A program made the translations under genes and the position numbers. Source: Kineococcus radiotolerans SRS30216 = ATCC BAA-149 (lineage in GTDB: Bacteria > Actinomycetota > Actinomycetes > Actinomycetales > Kineococcaceae). Taken from it: a stretch of 32,000 bases of DNA. The DNA lies in the NCBI RefSeq assembly GCF_000017305.1, contig NC_009664.2:3960001-3992000 (forward strand), given 5' to 3'. A model generated the notes under the pieces. It was given only the letters and a program-made list of their open reading frames with translations, did no database searches and had not been told where the DNA came from. This document shows positions 1 through 12,299 of the stretch, piece by piece (the stretch's first letter is position 1; every line of letters begins with the position of its first letter).

Positions 1-1704
1 GGGGGAGTGGCCTTCCTGGACCTGCGCGACGCCTCCGGCGTCGTGCAGGTCGTCGCCCGCGACGAGATCCTCGACGCCGGGGGCGCGCGCGAGCTGCGCA
101 ACGAGTACTGCATCCGCATCACCGGCGACGTCCGGCTGCGGCCGGAGGGCAACGACAACGCCAACATCCCCACCGGTGCGGTCGAGGTCGACACCACCGC
201 GCTGGAGGTCCTCTCCGAGGCCGCGCCGCTGCCCTTCCAGATCGACGACCACCTCAACGTCGGCGAGGAGGCGCGGCTGAAGCACCGCTACCTCGACCTG
301 CGCCGCACCGGCCCGGCGAACGCGCTGAAGCTGCGCTCGGCGGCCAACCGCGCCGCCCGCGCGGTGCTCGAGGAGCACGCGTTCACCGAGATCGAGACCC
401 CGACGCTGACCCGCTCCACCCCCGAGGGCGCCCGCGACTTCCTCGTCCCCGCCCGCCTCGCGCCCGGCTCCTGGTACGCGCTGCCGCAGAGCCCGCAGCT
501 GTTCAAGCAGCTGCTCATGGTGGCCGGCATGGAGCGCTACTACCAGCTCGCCCGCTGCTACCGCGACGAGGACTTCCGCGCCGACCGGCAGCCGGAGTTC
601 ACCCAGCTCGACATCGAGATGAGCTTCGTCGAGCAGGACGACGTCATCGCCCTGGGCGAGCAGATCGTCGCCGCGCTGTGGAAGCTCATCGGCCACGACG
701 TGCCGCTGCCGCTGCCGCGCATGACCTACGAGGAGGCCATGCGCCGCTACGGCTCCGACAAGCCCGACCTGCGCTTCGGCCTCGAGCTCGTCGAGTGCGC
801 CGGGTTCTTCGCCGACACCACCTTCCGGGTGTTCCAGGCCCCCTACGTCGGGGCCGTCGTCATGCCCGGCGGGGCCTCCCAGCCCCGCAAGACGCTCGAC
901 GCGTGGCAGGAGTGGGCCAAGCAGCGCGGCGCCCGCGGCCTGGCCTACGTCCTCGTCGGCCAGGACGGGGAGCTCTCCGGCCCCGTGGCGAAGAACCTCT
1001 CCGACACCGAGCGGGCCGGTCTGGCCGCCCACGTCGGCGCGAACCCCGGCGACTGCATCTTCTTCGCCGCCGGAGCGGTGAACCCCTCCCGCGCCCTGCT
1101 CGGCGCCGCCCGCGCCGAGATCGCCCGCCGCACCGGCGCGATCGACGAGAGCGCCTGGTCGTTCCTCTGGGTCGTCGACGCCCCCATGTTCAAGTCCGCG
1201 GCCGAGGACGACGACGTGTCCATCGGCGAGGGGAGCTGGAACGCCGTCCACCACGCGTTCACCGCCCCCAAGCCCGAGGTCGTCGACACCTTCGACACCG
1301 ACCCCGGTTCGGCGCTGTCCAACGCCTACGACATCGTCTGCAACGGCAACGAGATCGGCGGCGGCTCCATCCGCATCCACCGCCGCGACGTCCAGGAGCG
1401 CGTCTTCGCGGTCATGGGCATCTCCGAGGCCGACGCGCGGGAGAAGTTCGGGTTCCTCCTCGACGCGTTCTCCTTCGGCGCCCCCCCGCACGGCGGGATC
1501 GCCTTCGGCTGGGACCGCGTCGTCGCCCTGCTCGCCGGGGTCGACTCCATCCGCGAGGTCATCGCCTTCCCCAAGTCCGGCGGCGGCTACGACCCGCTGA
1601 CCGCCGCGCCCGCGCCCATCACCGCGCAGCAGCGCAAGGAGGCCGGGGTCGACGCGAAGCCGGAGACGAAGAAGGCCGCCGCCGGAGAACCCGCCGGGGC
1701 GTGA
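1..1704 (+). CDS. aspS: Aspartyl-tRNA synthetase, 5' end cut by window edge
   Basis: The frame-1 ORF is open from base 1. [17 protein letters not shown] is internal OB-fold sequence, so the GTG at 7 is not the true start. Class II aaRS motifs are present: [45 protein letters not shown]. Stop is TGA at 1702-1704. Confidence 0.95.
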   Translation, partial: GGVAFLDLRDASGVVQVVARDEILDAGGARELRNEYCIRITGDVRLRPEGNDNANIPTGAVEVDTTALEVLSEAAPLPFQIDDHLNVGEEARLKHRYLDLRRTGPANALKLRSAANRAARAVLEEHAFTEIETPTLTRSTPEGARDFLVPARLAPGSWYALPQSPQLFKQLLMVAGMERYYQLARCYRDEDFRADRQPEFTQLDIEMSFVEQDDVIALGEQIVAALWKLIGHDVPLPLPRMTYEEAMRRYGSDKPDLRFGLELVECAGFFADTTFRVFQAPYVGAVVMPGGASQPRKTLDAWQEWAKQRGARGLAYVLVGQDGELSGPVAKNLSDTERAGLAAHVGANPGDCIFFAAGAVNPSRALLGAARAEIARRTGAIDESAWSFLWVVDAPMFKSAAEDDDVSIGEGSWNAVHHAFTAPKPEVVDTFDTDPGSALSNAYDIVCNGNEIGGGSIRIHRRDVQERVFAVMGISEADAREKFGFLLDAFSFGAPPHGGIAFGWDRVVALLAGVDSIREVIAFPKSGGGYDPLTAAPAPITAQQRKEAGVDAKPETKKAAAGEPAGA

Positions 1705-2357
1705 GCCGCGCCGCGCTGGGCTGCGCCGTCGCGTTCGCGGCGCTCGCGGTCCTCGTGACCACGGGCGCCACGGCGCGCGCGGACGCGGCCCTGTCCGCGG
1801 CGGCGGTGGACGCGGCCCGCGCCCACCCGGGGCCGACCCGCCTGGCCCAGCTGGTGGAGGCGGTGACCCAGCCCGTCTGGGTGTACCTGCTGGGCCTGGC
1901 CGGGGTCGTCGCGGTGTGGCGGCGGGGGCGACGCCGGCACGCCCGGGCCGCGCTGCTGGCCGGGGCGCTGGCCGCCCTCGCCTCCCCCGCCCTCAAGGCC
2001 GCGTTCGGCCGGGAGCGCCCGGCCCTGGACGCGGGGTTCACCACCGCCGGGGGCGGGTCGTTCCCCTCCGGGCACGCCCTGGCCTCGGCCACCGTGGTCC
2101 TGGTCGCGGTGCTGCTGCTGGTCCCGCCCCGGTGGCGGCGCGCCGCGCTGGCGCTGGGGGTCCTGGAGCTCGCCGTGGTCGCGGTGGACCGGGTGTGGGT
2201 CGGGGCGCACTGGCCCAGCGACGTGCTGGCCGGGTTCCTGCTGGCCGGGGTGGTCGTCGCCGCGGTGGCCCGCCCCGTGCTCCGGCCCGGGCGTTCAGAG
2301 GGTGACGGCGACCGACCGGGTGCCCCGGGTGCCCCCGGTCCCGAGGCTCGCGGGTAG
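1701..2357 (+). CDS. PAP2-family membrane phosphatase
   Basis: This is the C-terminal part of track ORF 678..2357. GTG at 1701 overlaps the aspS stop (GTGA). The N-terminus [19 protein letters not shown] is hydrophobic. The three PAP2 motifs are present: [28 protein letters not shown]. The part of the ORF upstream of 1701 overlaps aspS and is Arg/Pro-rich noise. Confidence 0.85.
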   Translation: MSRAALGCAVAFAALAVLVTTGATARADAALSAAAVDAARAHPGPTRLAQLVEAVTQPVWVYLLGLAGVVAVWRRGRRRHARAALLAGALAALASPALKAAFGRERPALDAGFTTAGGGSFPSGHALASATVVLVAVLLLVPPRWRRAALALGVLELAVVAVDRVWVGAHWPSDVLAGFLLAGVVVAAVARPVLRPGRSEGDGDRPGAPGAPGPEARG

Positions 2358-2516
2358 CGCGACCGGGGAGACCTCGTCGACGTGCACGGGCGTGCGGTGC
2401 CCGGTGCCGACGGTCGTCGGGGTGGCCTGGGCGGCGGTGGCGAGACCGACGCCGCCGAGACCGGCGGCGAGGCCCGCGGCGAGGAGCCGGCGGAGGAGGC
2501 GGGTGCGCTGCGTCAC
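2295..2516 (-). CDS. Small secreted protein (about 73 aa) with Tat/Sec-like signal peptide, unknown function
   Basis: From track ORF 2295..2624(-). GTG at 2516 gives VTQRTRLLRRLLAAGLAAGLGGVGLATAAQA followed by TP..., leaving about 42 aa after cleavage. Third-codon positions are almost all G/C in this frame across 2295-2460, whereas the overlapping plus frame has many A/T thirds. An alternative GTG start at 2624 lies 7 nt after the kinase stop. The GGAG is only 2 nt upstream of 2516, so the start is uncertain. Confidence 0.4.
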   Translation of the reverse strand: MTQRTRLLRRLLAAGLAAGLGGVGLATAAQATPTTVGTGHRTPVHVDEVSPVALPASLGTGGTRGTRSVAVTL

Positions 2517-2631
2517 GGCTCCACGGTGCGGGGCGCACCTCGGTGGCTGCCCGGTGCTCCCTGTGCGGTCCCGGTGCGTGGCCCGGGACCGGCGCCCGGG
2601 CCCGCCGCGGTCGCCCCGCGCCACCCCGCCC

Positions 2632-4161
2632 TCAGGTGGTGGGGAGGGTGACGCGGAACGCGGTGCGGCCCGGGCGGCTGTCGACGGTGACGGTGCCGTG
2701 GTGGGAGGCGACGACGGCCTGGACGATGGCCAGGCCCAGCCCGGTGCTGCCCGCGACGCGCGAGCGGGAGGAGTCGGCGCGGACGAAGCGCTCGAAGACG
2801 CGGGGGAGGACCTCGGGGGCGATCCCCGGCCCGTCGTCGACGACGTCGACGTGGGCGACGGCCCCGTCGGGCACGATCCCGACGGTGACCGTGGTGCCCG
2901 GCGGGGTGTGGGTGCGGGCGTTGGCGAGCAGGTTGGCCAGCACCTGGTGCAGCCGGCCGGCGTCGCCGACGACCTCGACGGCCTCCTCGGGCAGGTCCAG
3001 CTGCCACCGGTGGTCGCGGCCGGCGACCTGCGCGTCGCTCACGGCGTCCAGGACGGTCATCGTGAGGTCGACGGGCCCGCGGTCCAGCGGGCGCCCGGAG
3101 TCCAGGCGGGCCAGCAGGAGCAGGTCCTCCACCAGGCCCGTCATGCGCAGCGCCTCGGACTCCACGCGCCCCATGGCGTGCAGGACGTCGGCGGGGACCT
3201 GCCCCCCGGTCACGTCGCGGCTGCGGCGGGTGAGCTCGGAGTACCCGCGGATCGCGGCGAGCGGGGTGCGCAGCTCGTGGCTGGCGTCGGCCACGAACTG
3301 GCGGACGCGCTGCTCGGAGGCGTGGCGGGCCTCCAGGGCGGAGCCGACGTTGTCGAGCATCCGGTTCAGCGCCAGCGCGACCTTGCCGACCTCGGTGCTG
3401 CCGTCGGCGTCGGGGACGCGCAGGGACAGGTCGACCTCGCCGCGGTCCAGTTCCAGTTCCGAGACCCTCGCCGCGGTGTTCGCGACCCGCTGCAGCGGGA
3501 GGAGGTCGCGCCGCACGAGGACGGACCCGGCACCGGCGGCGACGGCCACCCCGCCCAGGATCGCGGCGACCTCGACGCCGACGACGGTGAGCAGGGTGCG
3601 GTCCACGTCGGCCAGCGGGACCCCGCTGACCTGCCGGGAACCGTCGGGGAGCGTCGTCGAGACCACGCGGTAGCGCCCGAGGCCCTCGAGGTCGACGGTG
3701 CGCTTCCTCCCGTCGTCGTCGGCGACGTCCTCGAGCTCCCGGGCCTGCGCGCCGGTCAGCGGCCGGACGCAGGGGTTCCCGGCCGTGGAGCGCGGTTCGT
3801 CGAGGACGCCGGACTGCCCGGTGAGCAGGTCCCCGCCGGCGAACCGGGCGTACAGGGTCCCGTCGGTGGGTCCCGGCCCCCGGAACGCGGGGACGGTGCC
3901 GTCGACGCAGCGCCCCGCGGCGGGCACGGACCCGGGCGGGCCGCCCTGCCCACCGGGGCCCGGGTCGCCGACGTCGCGCCGCCCCCGGTCCACGGCCTGG
4001 TCGAGCTGGGCGTCGACCCGTCCCGTCAGCGACAGGTGCAGCGCCACCGCGGTGACCCCGCCGATGACGAGGCCGACCGCGACCAGGAGCAGGCTCGTGG
4101 TCAGCACCAGCCGGCTGCGCAGCGTCCGGGGACGGCGCGGCCGGCGCGAGGGGGAGGGCAC
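2632..4161 (-). CDS. Two-component sensor histidine kinase (HisKA/HATPase_c)
   Basis: 509 aa with a GTG start. It has an N-terminal TM segment (LVLTTSLLLVAVGLVIGGV), an extracytoplasmic loop and a second TM. Kinase motifs: H-box SHELRTPLAAIRGYSEL, N-box LANLLANARTHTP, G1 DDGPGIAPE, G2 GSTGLGLAIV. Confidence 0.9.
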   Translation of the reverse strand: MPSPSRRPRRPRTLRSRLVLTTSLLLVAVGLVIGGVTAVALHLSLTGRVDAQLDQAVDRGRRDVGDPGPGGQGGPPGSVPAAGRCVDGTVPAFRGPGPTDGTLYARFAGGDLLTGQSGVLDEPRSTAGNPCVRPLTGAQARELEDVADDDGRKRTVDLEGLGRYRVVSTTLPDGSRQVSGVPLADVDRTLLTVVGVEVAAILGGVAVAAGAGSVLVRRDLLPLQRVANTAARVSELELDRGEVDLSLRVPDADGSTEVGKVALALNRMLDNVGSALEARHASEQRVRQFVADASHELRTPLAAIRGYSELTRRSRDVTGGQVPADVLHAMGRVESEALRMTGLVEDLLLLARLDSGRPLDRGPVDLTMTVLDAVSDAQVAGRDHRWQLDLPEEAVEVVGDAGRLHQVLANLLANARTHTPPGTTVTVGIVPDGAVAHVDVVDDGPGIAPEVLPRVFERFVRADSSRSRVAGSTGLGLAIVQAVVASHHGTVTVDSRPGRTAFRVTLPTT

Positions 4162-4195
4162 CCGGGGGTCAGCTCGTGAGCGTCGGGACCGGGGT

Positions 4196-4954
4196 TCAGC
4201 CGGCCGCGGCGACCGCGCCGTCGGCGGGCTTGAGGACGTAGCCGGCCCCGCGCACGGTGTGGATCATCGGGTTGCGGCCCGCGTCGATCTTGCGGCGGAG
4301 GTAGGAGACGTACAGCTCGACGATGTTGGCCTGGCCGCCGAAGTCGTAGTTCCAGACGCGGTCCAGGATCTGCGCCTTGGACAGCACCCGGCGCGGGTTG
4401 CGCATGAGGTAGCGCAGCAGCTCGAACTCGGTCGCGGTGAGCCTGATCTCCTGCCCGGCCCGGGTGACCTCGTGGCTGTCCTCGTCGAGGACGAGGTCGC
4501 CCACCGCCAGGACGGGTTCCTGCTTGGCCGCGACCAGGCCGGAGCGGCGCAGGAGGCTGCGCAGGCGGGCCACGACCTCCTCCAGGCTGAACGGCTTGGT
4601 GACGTAGTCGTCGCCGCCGGCGGTGAGACCGGCGACGCGGTCCTCCACGGCGTCCTTCGCGGTGAGGAAGAGGACGGGGACGTCGGTGGCGTCGGCGCGC
4701 AGCCGCCGCAGCACCTCCAGGCCGTCGATGTCGGGCAGCATGATGTCGAGGATCACCGCGTCGGGGCGGAAGCTGCGGGCGGCGCGGACCGCGTCCAGGC
4801 CGTTGCCGGCCGTCTGCACCTCCCAGCCCTCGTAGCGCAGGGTCATGCTCAGCAGCTCCGAGAGCGTGGACTCGTCGTCGACGACGAGCACCCGCAGGGC
4901 GGTGCCGTCGGGGCGGGTCAGTTCCGAGCGGCGGTTGGTGGTGGACGCGGTCAT
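4196..4954 (-). CDS. OmpR/PhoB-family response regulator
   Basis: Receiver motifs: [36 protein letters not shown]. Winged-helix motifs: [30 protein letters not shown] chose ATG at 4954 (MTASTTNRR...) rather than the track start at 5023, which would add 23 non-conserved residues. The stop is 34 nt upstream of the kinase start. Confidence 0.9.
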   Translation of the reverse strand: MTASTTNRRSELTRPDGTALRVLVVDDESTLSELLSMTLRYEGWEVQTAGNGLDAVRAARSFRPDAVILDIMLPDIDGLEVLRRLRADATDVPVLFLTAKDAVEDRVAGLTAGGDDYVTKPFSLEEVVARLRSLLRRSGLVAAKQEPVLAVGDLVLDEDSHEVTRAGQEIRLTATEFELLRYLMRNPRRVLSKAQILDRVWNYDFGGQANIVELYVSYLRRKIDAGRNPMIHTVRGAGYVLKPADGAVAAAG

Positions 4955-5001
4955 GTCCTGATCGTCGGTCCTCTCCCTGCCAGCTGTCCCGGGATTCCCT
5001 G

Positions 5002-5034
5002 GGACGGACCTGTGCATCGTCACTGGAACGGACC
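5002..5034. promoter_or_regulatory. Direct repeat GGACGGACC / GGAACGGACC in the divergent regulator-rarA intergenic region
   Basis: ACGGACC occurs at 5004-5010 and 5028-5034, and a third GGACC at 5041-5045. The site lies 48-80 nt upstream of the response-regulator start. OmpR-family regulators bind direct repeats, so this is a candidate autoregulatory site and nothing firmer. Confidence 0.2.
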
Positions 5035-5103
5035 AGCGGGGGACCCGCTCGGCCCCGTGGGCGGCGGTCCCCCCGCCCGCGGGCGAGCACGTACCTTGAG
5101 CGC

Positions 5104-6495
5104 GTGGCCGACCTCTTCTCCAGCGTGACGGCGGGGGACGCGCCCGCGGGTGACCGCACCCCGGCCGTGCTCGCCGGTTCCCCCCTCGCCGTGCGGATGC
5201 GCCCGCGCTCCCTCGACGAGGTCGTCGGGCAGCAGCACCTGCTCCAGCCGGGCTCCCCGCTGCGCCGCCTCGCCGCCGACGGGGACCTGGGCCGGGCCGG
5301 ACCCGCCTCGGTGATCCTCTGGGGGCCCCCGGGGACGGGGAAGACGACGCTGGCCAGCGTCCTCGCCCGCTCCGGCGGGCGGAAGTTCGCCGAGCTGTCC
5401 GCCGTGACCGCCGGGGTGAAGGACGTCCGCCGGGTCGTGGAGGCCGCCCGCGACGACCGCGACCTGTACCGCCGCCAGACCGTCCTGTTCCTCGACGAGA
5501 TCCACCGCTTCACCAAGGCCCAGCAGGACGCGCTGCTGCCGGGGGTGGAGAACCGCTGGGTCGTGCTGGTGGCGGCCACGACGGAGAACCCGAACTTCTC
5601 CGTCGTCACCCCGCTGCTGTCCCGGTCGTTGCTGCTGACCCTGCAGCCGCTCACCGCCGCGGACGTGGAGGGGTTGCTGCGCAAGGCGGTCGAGGACCCG
5701 CGCGGTCTGGCGGGGGAGGTGTCGGTCGACGACGAGGCCCTGGCCCACCTGGTCCGGGTCGCCGACGGCGACGCGCGGCGGGCGCTGACGGCGCTGGAGG
5801 CCGCGGCCGGCACCGCCCTGGACGACGCCCCCGCCGCCGGGGACGTCCCGGGCGGGGGGGTCCGGATCACCCTGGCCCACGCCGAGCGCGCCCTCGACCG
5901 CGCCGCCGTGCGCTACGACCGCGCCGGGGACCAGCACTACGACGTGGCCAGCGCCCTCATCAAGTCGATGCGCGGCTCCGACGTGGACGCCGCCCTGCAC
6001 TACCTGGCGCGGATGGTGGAGGCGGGGGAGGACCCGCGCTTCATCGCCCGCCGCATCGTCATCGCCGCCGCCGAGGACGTCGGGATGGCCGACCCCTCGG
6101 CCCTGCAGACCGCGGTCGCGGCCATGCACGCCGTCGCCCAGATCGGGATGCCGGAGGCGCGGATCGTCCTGGCCCAGGCCGTGGTGCACAACGCCACGGC
6201 GCCGAAGTCCAACGCCGCCTACGCGGGGATCAACGCCGCCATCGCCGACGTGCGCGCCGGCCTCGGCGGGTCGGTGCCCGCGCACCTGCGCGACGCCCAC
6301 TACGCCGGGGCCGGGAAGCTCGGGCACGGGAAGGGCTACGTCTACACCCACGACGTCCCCGCCGGGGTCGCCGAGCAGCAGTACGCCCCCGACGAGCTCG
6401 TCGGCAAGGACTACTACGTGCCCACCGACCGGGGGTTCGAGAACCAGCTCCGCGAGCGCCTCGCCCGGCTGCGGCGGGTCCTGCGCGGTCGCTGA
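5104..6495 (+). CDS. rarA: Replication-associated recombination protein A (AAA+ ATPase, MgsA/RarA)
   Basis: 463 aa with a GTG start. Motifs: Walker [13 protein letters not shown], Walker [16 protein letters not shown] sensor, and the C-terminal MgsA_C-type [27 protein letters not shown]. Confidence 0.95.
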   Translation: MADLFSSVTAGDAPAGDRTPAVLAGSPLAVRMRPRSLDEVVGQQHLLQPGSPLRRLAADGDLGRAGPASVILWGPPGTGKTTLASVLARSGGRKFAELSAVTAGVKDVRRVVEAARDDRDLYRRQTVLFLDEIHRFTKAQQDALLPGVENRWVVLVAATTENPNFSVVTPLLSRSLLLTLQPLTAADVEGLLRKAVEDPRGLAGEVSVDDEALAHLVRVADGDARRALTALEAAAGTALDDAPAAGDVPGGGVRITLAHAERALDRAAVRYDRAGDQHYDVASALIKSMRGSDVDAALHYLARMVEAGEDPRFIARRIVIAAAEDVGMADPSALQTAVAAMHAVAQIGMPEARIVLAQAVVHNATAPKSNAAYAGINAAIADVRAGLGGSVPAHLRDAHYAGAGKLGHGKGYVYTHDVPAGVAEQQYAPDELVGKDYYVPTDRGFENQLRERLARLRRVLRGR

Positions 6496-6511
6496 GCACT
6501 ACCGTGCCCGC

Positions 6512-7078
6512 GTGCCCGGTCTGCGATCCGTCCTCTCCCGCCTGCTCGCCGTCGGGGGCCGTGCCGCGCTGCGCGAGCTGGAGCGGCGCGACGCGGCCCC
6601 CCGCGGCGTCCCGCCCACCCCGGACGCGGCCCCCGCGCGGCCCCGCCCGCGGGGCGGGGCGGGCGCGCGGGTCGTCCCCGGCGGGGTGCGGGTCGAGTAC
6701 GCCCCCCGCGCCGACGGCCACCCCGACCCCGGGGAGGTCGTGTGGGCGTGGGTGCCCTTCGAGGAGGGTGACGGGCGCGGCAAGGACCGCCCCGTCCTCG
6801 TCGTGGGGCGCGCGGGGGAGGACCTCGTCGCCCTCATGATGACGAGCAAGGACCACGCCGGGGCCACCGCGCGCGACGCCGCCGACGAGGCCCGCCACGG
6901 CCGGGTCTGGGTGGACGTCGGCTCCGGGCCCTGGGACCGCCGGGGCCGCCCCAGCGAGGTGCGCGTGGACCGGGTGCTGCACGTGGCCCCGCGGGACGTC
7001 CGCCGCGAGGGGGCCGCCCTGGACCGGGCGCGCTTCGAGGAGGTCGTGCGGGAGGCCCGCCGCCTGCACGGCTGGTGA
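6512..7078 (+). CDS. PemK/MazF-like (SH3-fold toxin family) protein with disordered Arg/Pro-rich N-terminus
   Basis: 188 aa. The core GEVVWAWVPFEEGDGRGKDRPVLVVGR...LVALMMTSKDH...GRPSEVRVDRVLHV matches the pattern I recognise from actinobacterial proteins annotated as PemK/MazF family. GTG start lies 16 nt after the rarA stop. No adjacent small antitoxin ORF is evident. Confidence 0.65.
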   Translation: MPGLRSVLSRLLAVGGRAALRELERRDAAPRGVPPTPDAAPARPRPRGGAGARVVPGGVRVEYAPRADGHPDPGEVVWAWVPFEEGDGRGKDRPVLVVGRAGEDLVALMMTSKDHAGATARDAADEARHGRVWVDVGSGPWDRRGRPSEVRVDRVLHVAPRDVRREGAALDRARFEEVVREARRLHGW

Positions 7079-9421
7079 TCAGCGGCGGCGCCGCGGCCCC
7101 CGGCCCGCGGGCTGCCGCGGGCGCGGTCGGGAGAGGACGTCCTCGGGCAGCGGGGGGACGGCGAGCACGACGGCCTCCTCCGGCCCCACGGTGAACCCCT
7201 GCCCGTGGTGGGAGGCCTGCACGGGCTCCCCGTCCACCACGGTGTAGCGGACCTCGTCGCCGGTCACCGACACCTCCAGGCAGGAACCGCGGTGGCGGGC
7301 GCGGAAGCGCAGGCCCCGCAACCCCTCCGGCAGCCGCGGGGCGAAGGCCAGCACCCCGTCGGCGTCGCGCATCCCGCCGTAGCCGGCGACCAGGGCCAGC
7401 CACGCCCCGGCGAGGGAGGCGATGTGCAGCCCGTCCGCGGTCTTGCCCCGCAGGTCGTGGAGGTCGACGAAGGCGGCCTCGTGGGCGTAGTCCGCGGCCA
7501 GCGCCAGGTGGCCGACCTCGGCGGCGAGGACGGCCTGCACGGCCGCCGACAGCGAGGAGTCCCGGACGGTGAGCTCCTCGTAGTACTCGAAGGCGTTCCG
7601 CTTCTCCTCCCACGTGAACGCCTCGGGGCGCAGGTGCATCGCCAGCACCAGGTCGGCCTGCTTGACGACCTGGCTGCGGTAGAGGCTGAAGTAGGGGAAG
7701 GAGTCGGCCAGCGGGTACTGCTCGGGCGCGGTGCCCTCGAAGTCCCACCGCTTGCGCTGGGTGGACCCCTCGTCCTGGGCGTGCACCCCCGTCTCCGGGT
7801 CGCGGGGGACGTGGACGGCGTCGGCCAGGCGGGCGAAGCCGGCCAGCTCCTCGTCGGTGACCCCCAGCGCCCGGGCCTGCTCGGGGAACCGCCCGGCCAG
7901 CTCGATCGCCGCGCGCAGGTTCGCCTGGGCCATGAGGTTGGTGTACGCGTTGTCGTCGACCAGCGCGCTGTACTCGTCGGGGCCGGTCACCCCGTCGACG
8001 TGGAACCGGCCCTGCGCGTCCTCCCGGCCCAGCACCACCCAGGAGCGCGCGGTCTCCACCACGAGGTCGACGACGGCCTCGCGGGCGAGCTCCTCGTCGC
8101 CGGTGGCGTGCAGGTAGCGCACGGCCGCGTCGGCGATGTCGGCGTTGAGGTGCACCGCCGCCGTGCCCGCCGGCCAGTACCCGGAGCTCTCCCGCCCGGT
8201 GATGGTGCGCCAGGGGAACGTCGCCCCGGCCAGACCCAGCTCCCGGGCCCGGGCCCGCGCCGCGGGCAGCATCCGGTGCCGCCAGCGCAGCGCGTCGGCG
8301 GCGGCCTCGGGCCAGACGTGGTTCAGCATCGGCATGACGAACACCTCGGTGTCCCAGAAGGTGTGCCCGTCGTAGCCGGTGCCCGTCAGCCCCTTGGCCG
8401 GGATCCCGCGGTCGGTGCCCTGGGCGGCGGCCTGGAAGACGTGGAACAGGGCGAAGCGGACGGCCTGCTGGAGCTCGTCGTCCCCGTCGACGACGACGTC
8501 GGCGTGGGTCCAGAACTCGTCCAGGACGGCCCGCTGCTGCCGGCGCAGCCGGTCCCAGCCCTCGCGGACCCCGTCGGTGAGCAGGCCGGCCAGCTCGGCG
8601 TCCAGCTCGTCGCGCTCGGCCTGCCCCGCCCAGCCCAGCGCCACCGTCTTGGTGACCCGCAGGGCCTCCCCGGCCGCCAGCCGGACCCGGGCGCTGGTCA
8701 CCACCCGGTCGGCGGAGGCGTGGGTGCGGACCTCCGTCCCGGCCGGGCCGACGACGTCGTGCTCGACGTGCGCGGCCACGGCCAGGCCGCTGCCGTCGGT
8801 GCGCTGGCGCAGCGCGCCGCCGCGGTGGCGGGCGGAGGTGACCGTCCCGTGCAGCTGCTCGCTGGCGACGAGGGCCGAGCGCACCTCGACCTCGAGGGGC
8901 TCGTCCACGGCGCGGACGACGTAGTCGAGGGCGAGCAGCCCCGGCCGGTCCAGCGGGACGAGGCGCTCGGAGTCGACGACGACGCGGTGCCCGGCGGGGG
9001 AGGTCCAGCGCACGTGCCGCTGCAGGGTGCCGCTGCGCAGGTCCAGGACGCGCTGGTGGTCGGTGAGCTCCCCGGTGCGGACGTCGAGGCGCTCCCCGGC
9101 GACGAAGAGCTCCACGCGGGTGGCGTCCGGGACCTGCACGAGCCGTTCCTGGACCTTCGGGTAGCCGTAGCTGTACTCGGGGTAGGTCATCGGCCACACC
9201 TCGTGCGCACCGCTGAGGTAGGTCCCGGGGGCTCCGGCCGGGGCGCCCTCCTCCAGGCCCCCGCGCACGCCGGTGCGCCCGTTGGACAGCGCGAACAGCG
9301 ACTCGACCTGCTCCAGGCGGGAGAGGTCCAGCGGGCCCTCGCGCACCGCCCAGGCGTGCGGCTCGGCCGGGTCCCCGGCGGCGGGCCGGGCCGGGTCGTC
9401 GGTGGGGTGGGCGTGCGGCAT
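7079..9421 (-). CDS. Glycoside hydrolase family 65 protein (disaccharide phosphorylase type: kojibiose/trehalose/maltose)
   Basis: Catalytic-domain signature GYDGHTFWDTEVFVMPML, length about 780 aa, and a typical N-terminal LFALSNGRTGVRG. I chose ATG at 9421 (MPHAHPTDD) because GGAGGA lies 9 nt upstream; the track start at 9547 adds 42 Arg/Pro-rich residues. The stop codon abuts the stop of the convergent 6512-7078 gene with no gap. Confidence 0.9.
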   Translation of the reverse strand: MPHAHPTDDPARPAAGDPAEPHAWAVREGPLDLSRLEQVESLFALSNGRTGVRGGLEEGAPAGAPGTYLSGAHEVWPMTYPEYSYGYPKVQERLVQVPDATRVELFVAGERLDVRTGELTDHQRVLDLRSGTLQRHVRWTSPAGHRVVVDSERLVPLDRPGLLALDYVVRAVDEPLEVEVRSALVASEQLHGTVTSARHRGGALRQRTDGSGLAVAAHVEHDVVGPAGTEVRTHASADRVVTSARVRLAAGEALRVTKTVALGWAGQAERDELDAELAGLLTDGVREGWDRLRRQQRAVLDEFWTHADVVVDGDDELQQAVRFALFHVFQAAAQGTDRGIPAKGLTGTGYDGHTFWDTEVFVMPMLNHVWPEAAADALRWRHRMLPAARARARELGLAGATFPWRTITGRESSGYWPAGTAAVHLNADIADAAVRYLHATGDEELAREAVVDLVVETARSWVVLGREDAQGRFHVDGVTGPDEYSALVDDNAYTNLMAQANLRAAIELAGRFPEQARALGVTDEELAGFARLADAVHVPRDPETGVHAQDEGSTQRKRWDFEGTAPEQYPLADSFPYFSLYRSQVVKQADLVLAMHLRPEAFTWEEKRNAFEYYEELTVRDSSLSAAVQAVLAAEVGHLALAADYAHEAAFVDLHDLRGKTADGLHIASLAGAWLALVAGYGGMRDADGVLAFAPRLPEGLRGLRFRARHRGSCLEVSVTGDEVRYTVVDGEPVQASHHGQGFTVGPEEAVVLAVPPLPEDVLSRPRPRQPAGRGPRRRR

Positions 9422-9608
9422 CGGGGGTGTTCCTCCGGGGCGTCGGGTGCGGCGGTGGCCCCATCCGAGCAGCGCCCGGGGCCGCCCGCACGTCCAGCTC
9501 GTCCGGGCCCGCGGGCGGGCGGGTAGGGTCGAGGGCTGCGGCAGCACCGCGCAGCGTCACCCCGCAGCACCCAGCACCGTCCAGCGCGCACAGCAGGAGG
9601 CACGTCCG

Positions 9609-12290
<2,682 letters not shown>

Positions 12291-12299
12291 GGGTCGCCC

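Noticed and set aside
678-1700. The upstream 340 codons of track ORF 678..2357.
   Set aside because: This stretch overlaps aspS in another frame and is Arg/Pro-rich noise. The PAP2 domain and a hydrophobic N-terminus begin at the GTG at 1701.
9541-9600. A CAGC/CAGCACC-rich stretch in the alaS leader (CAGCACC at 9542, 9565 and 9572), considered as a regulatory repeat or T-box-like element.
   Set aside because: It is short and low in complexity. I could find no stem-loop or specifier-like structure.
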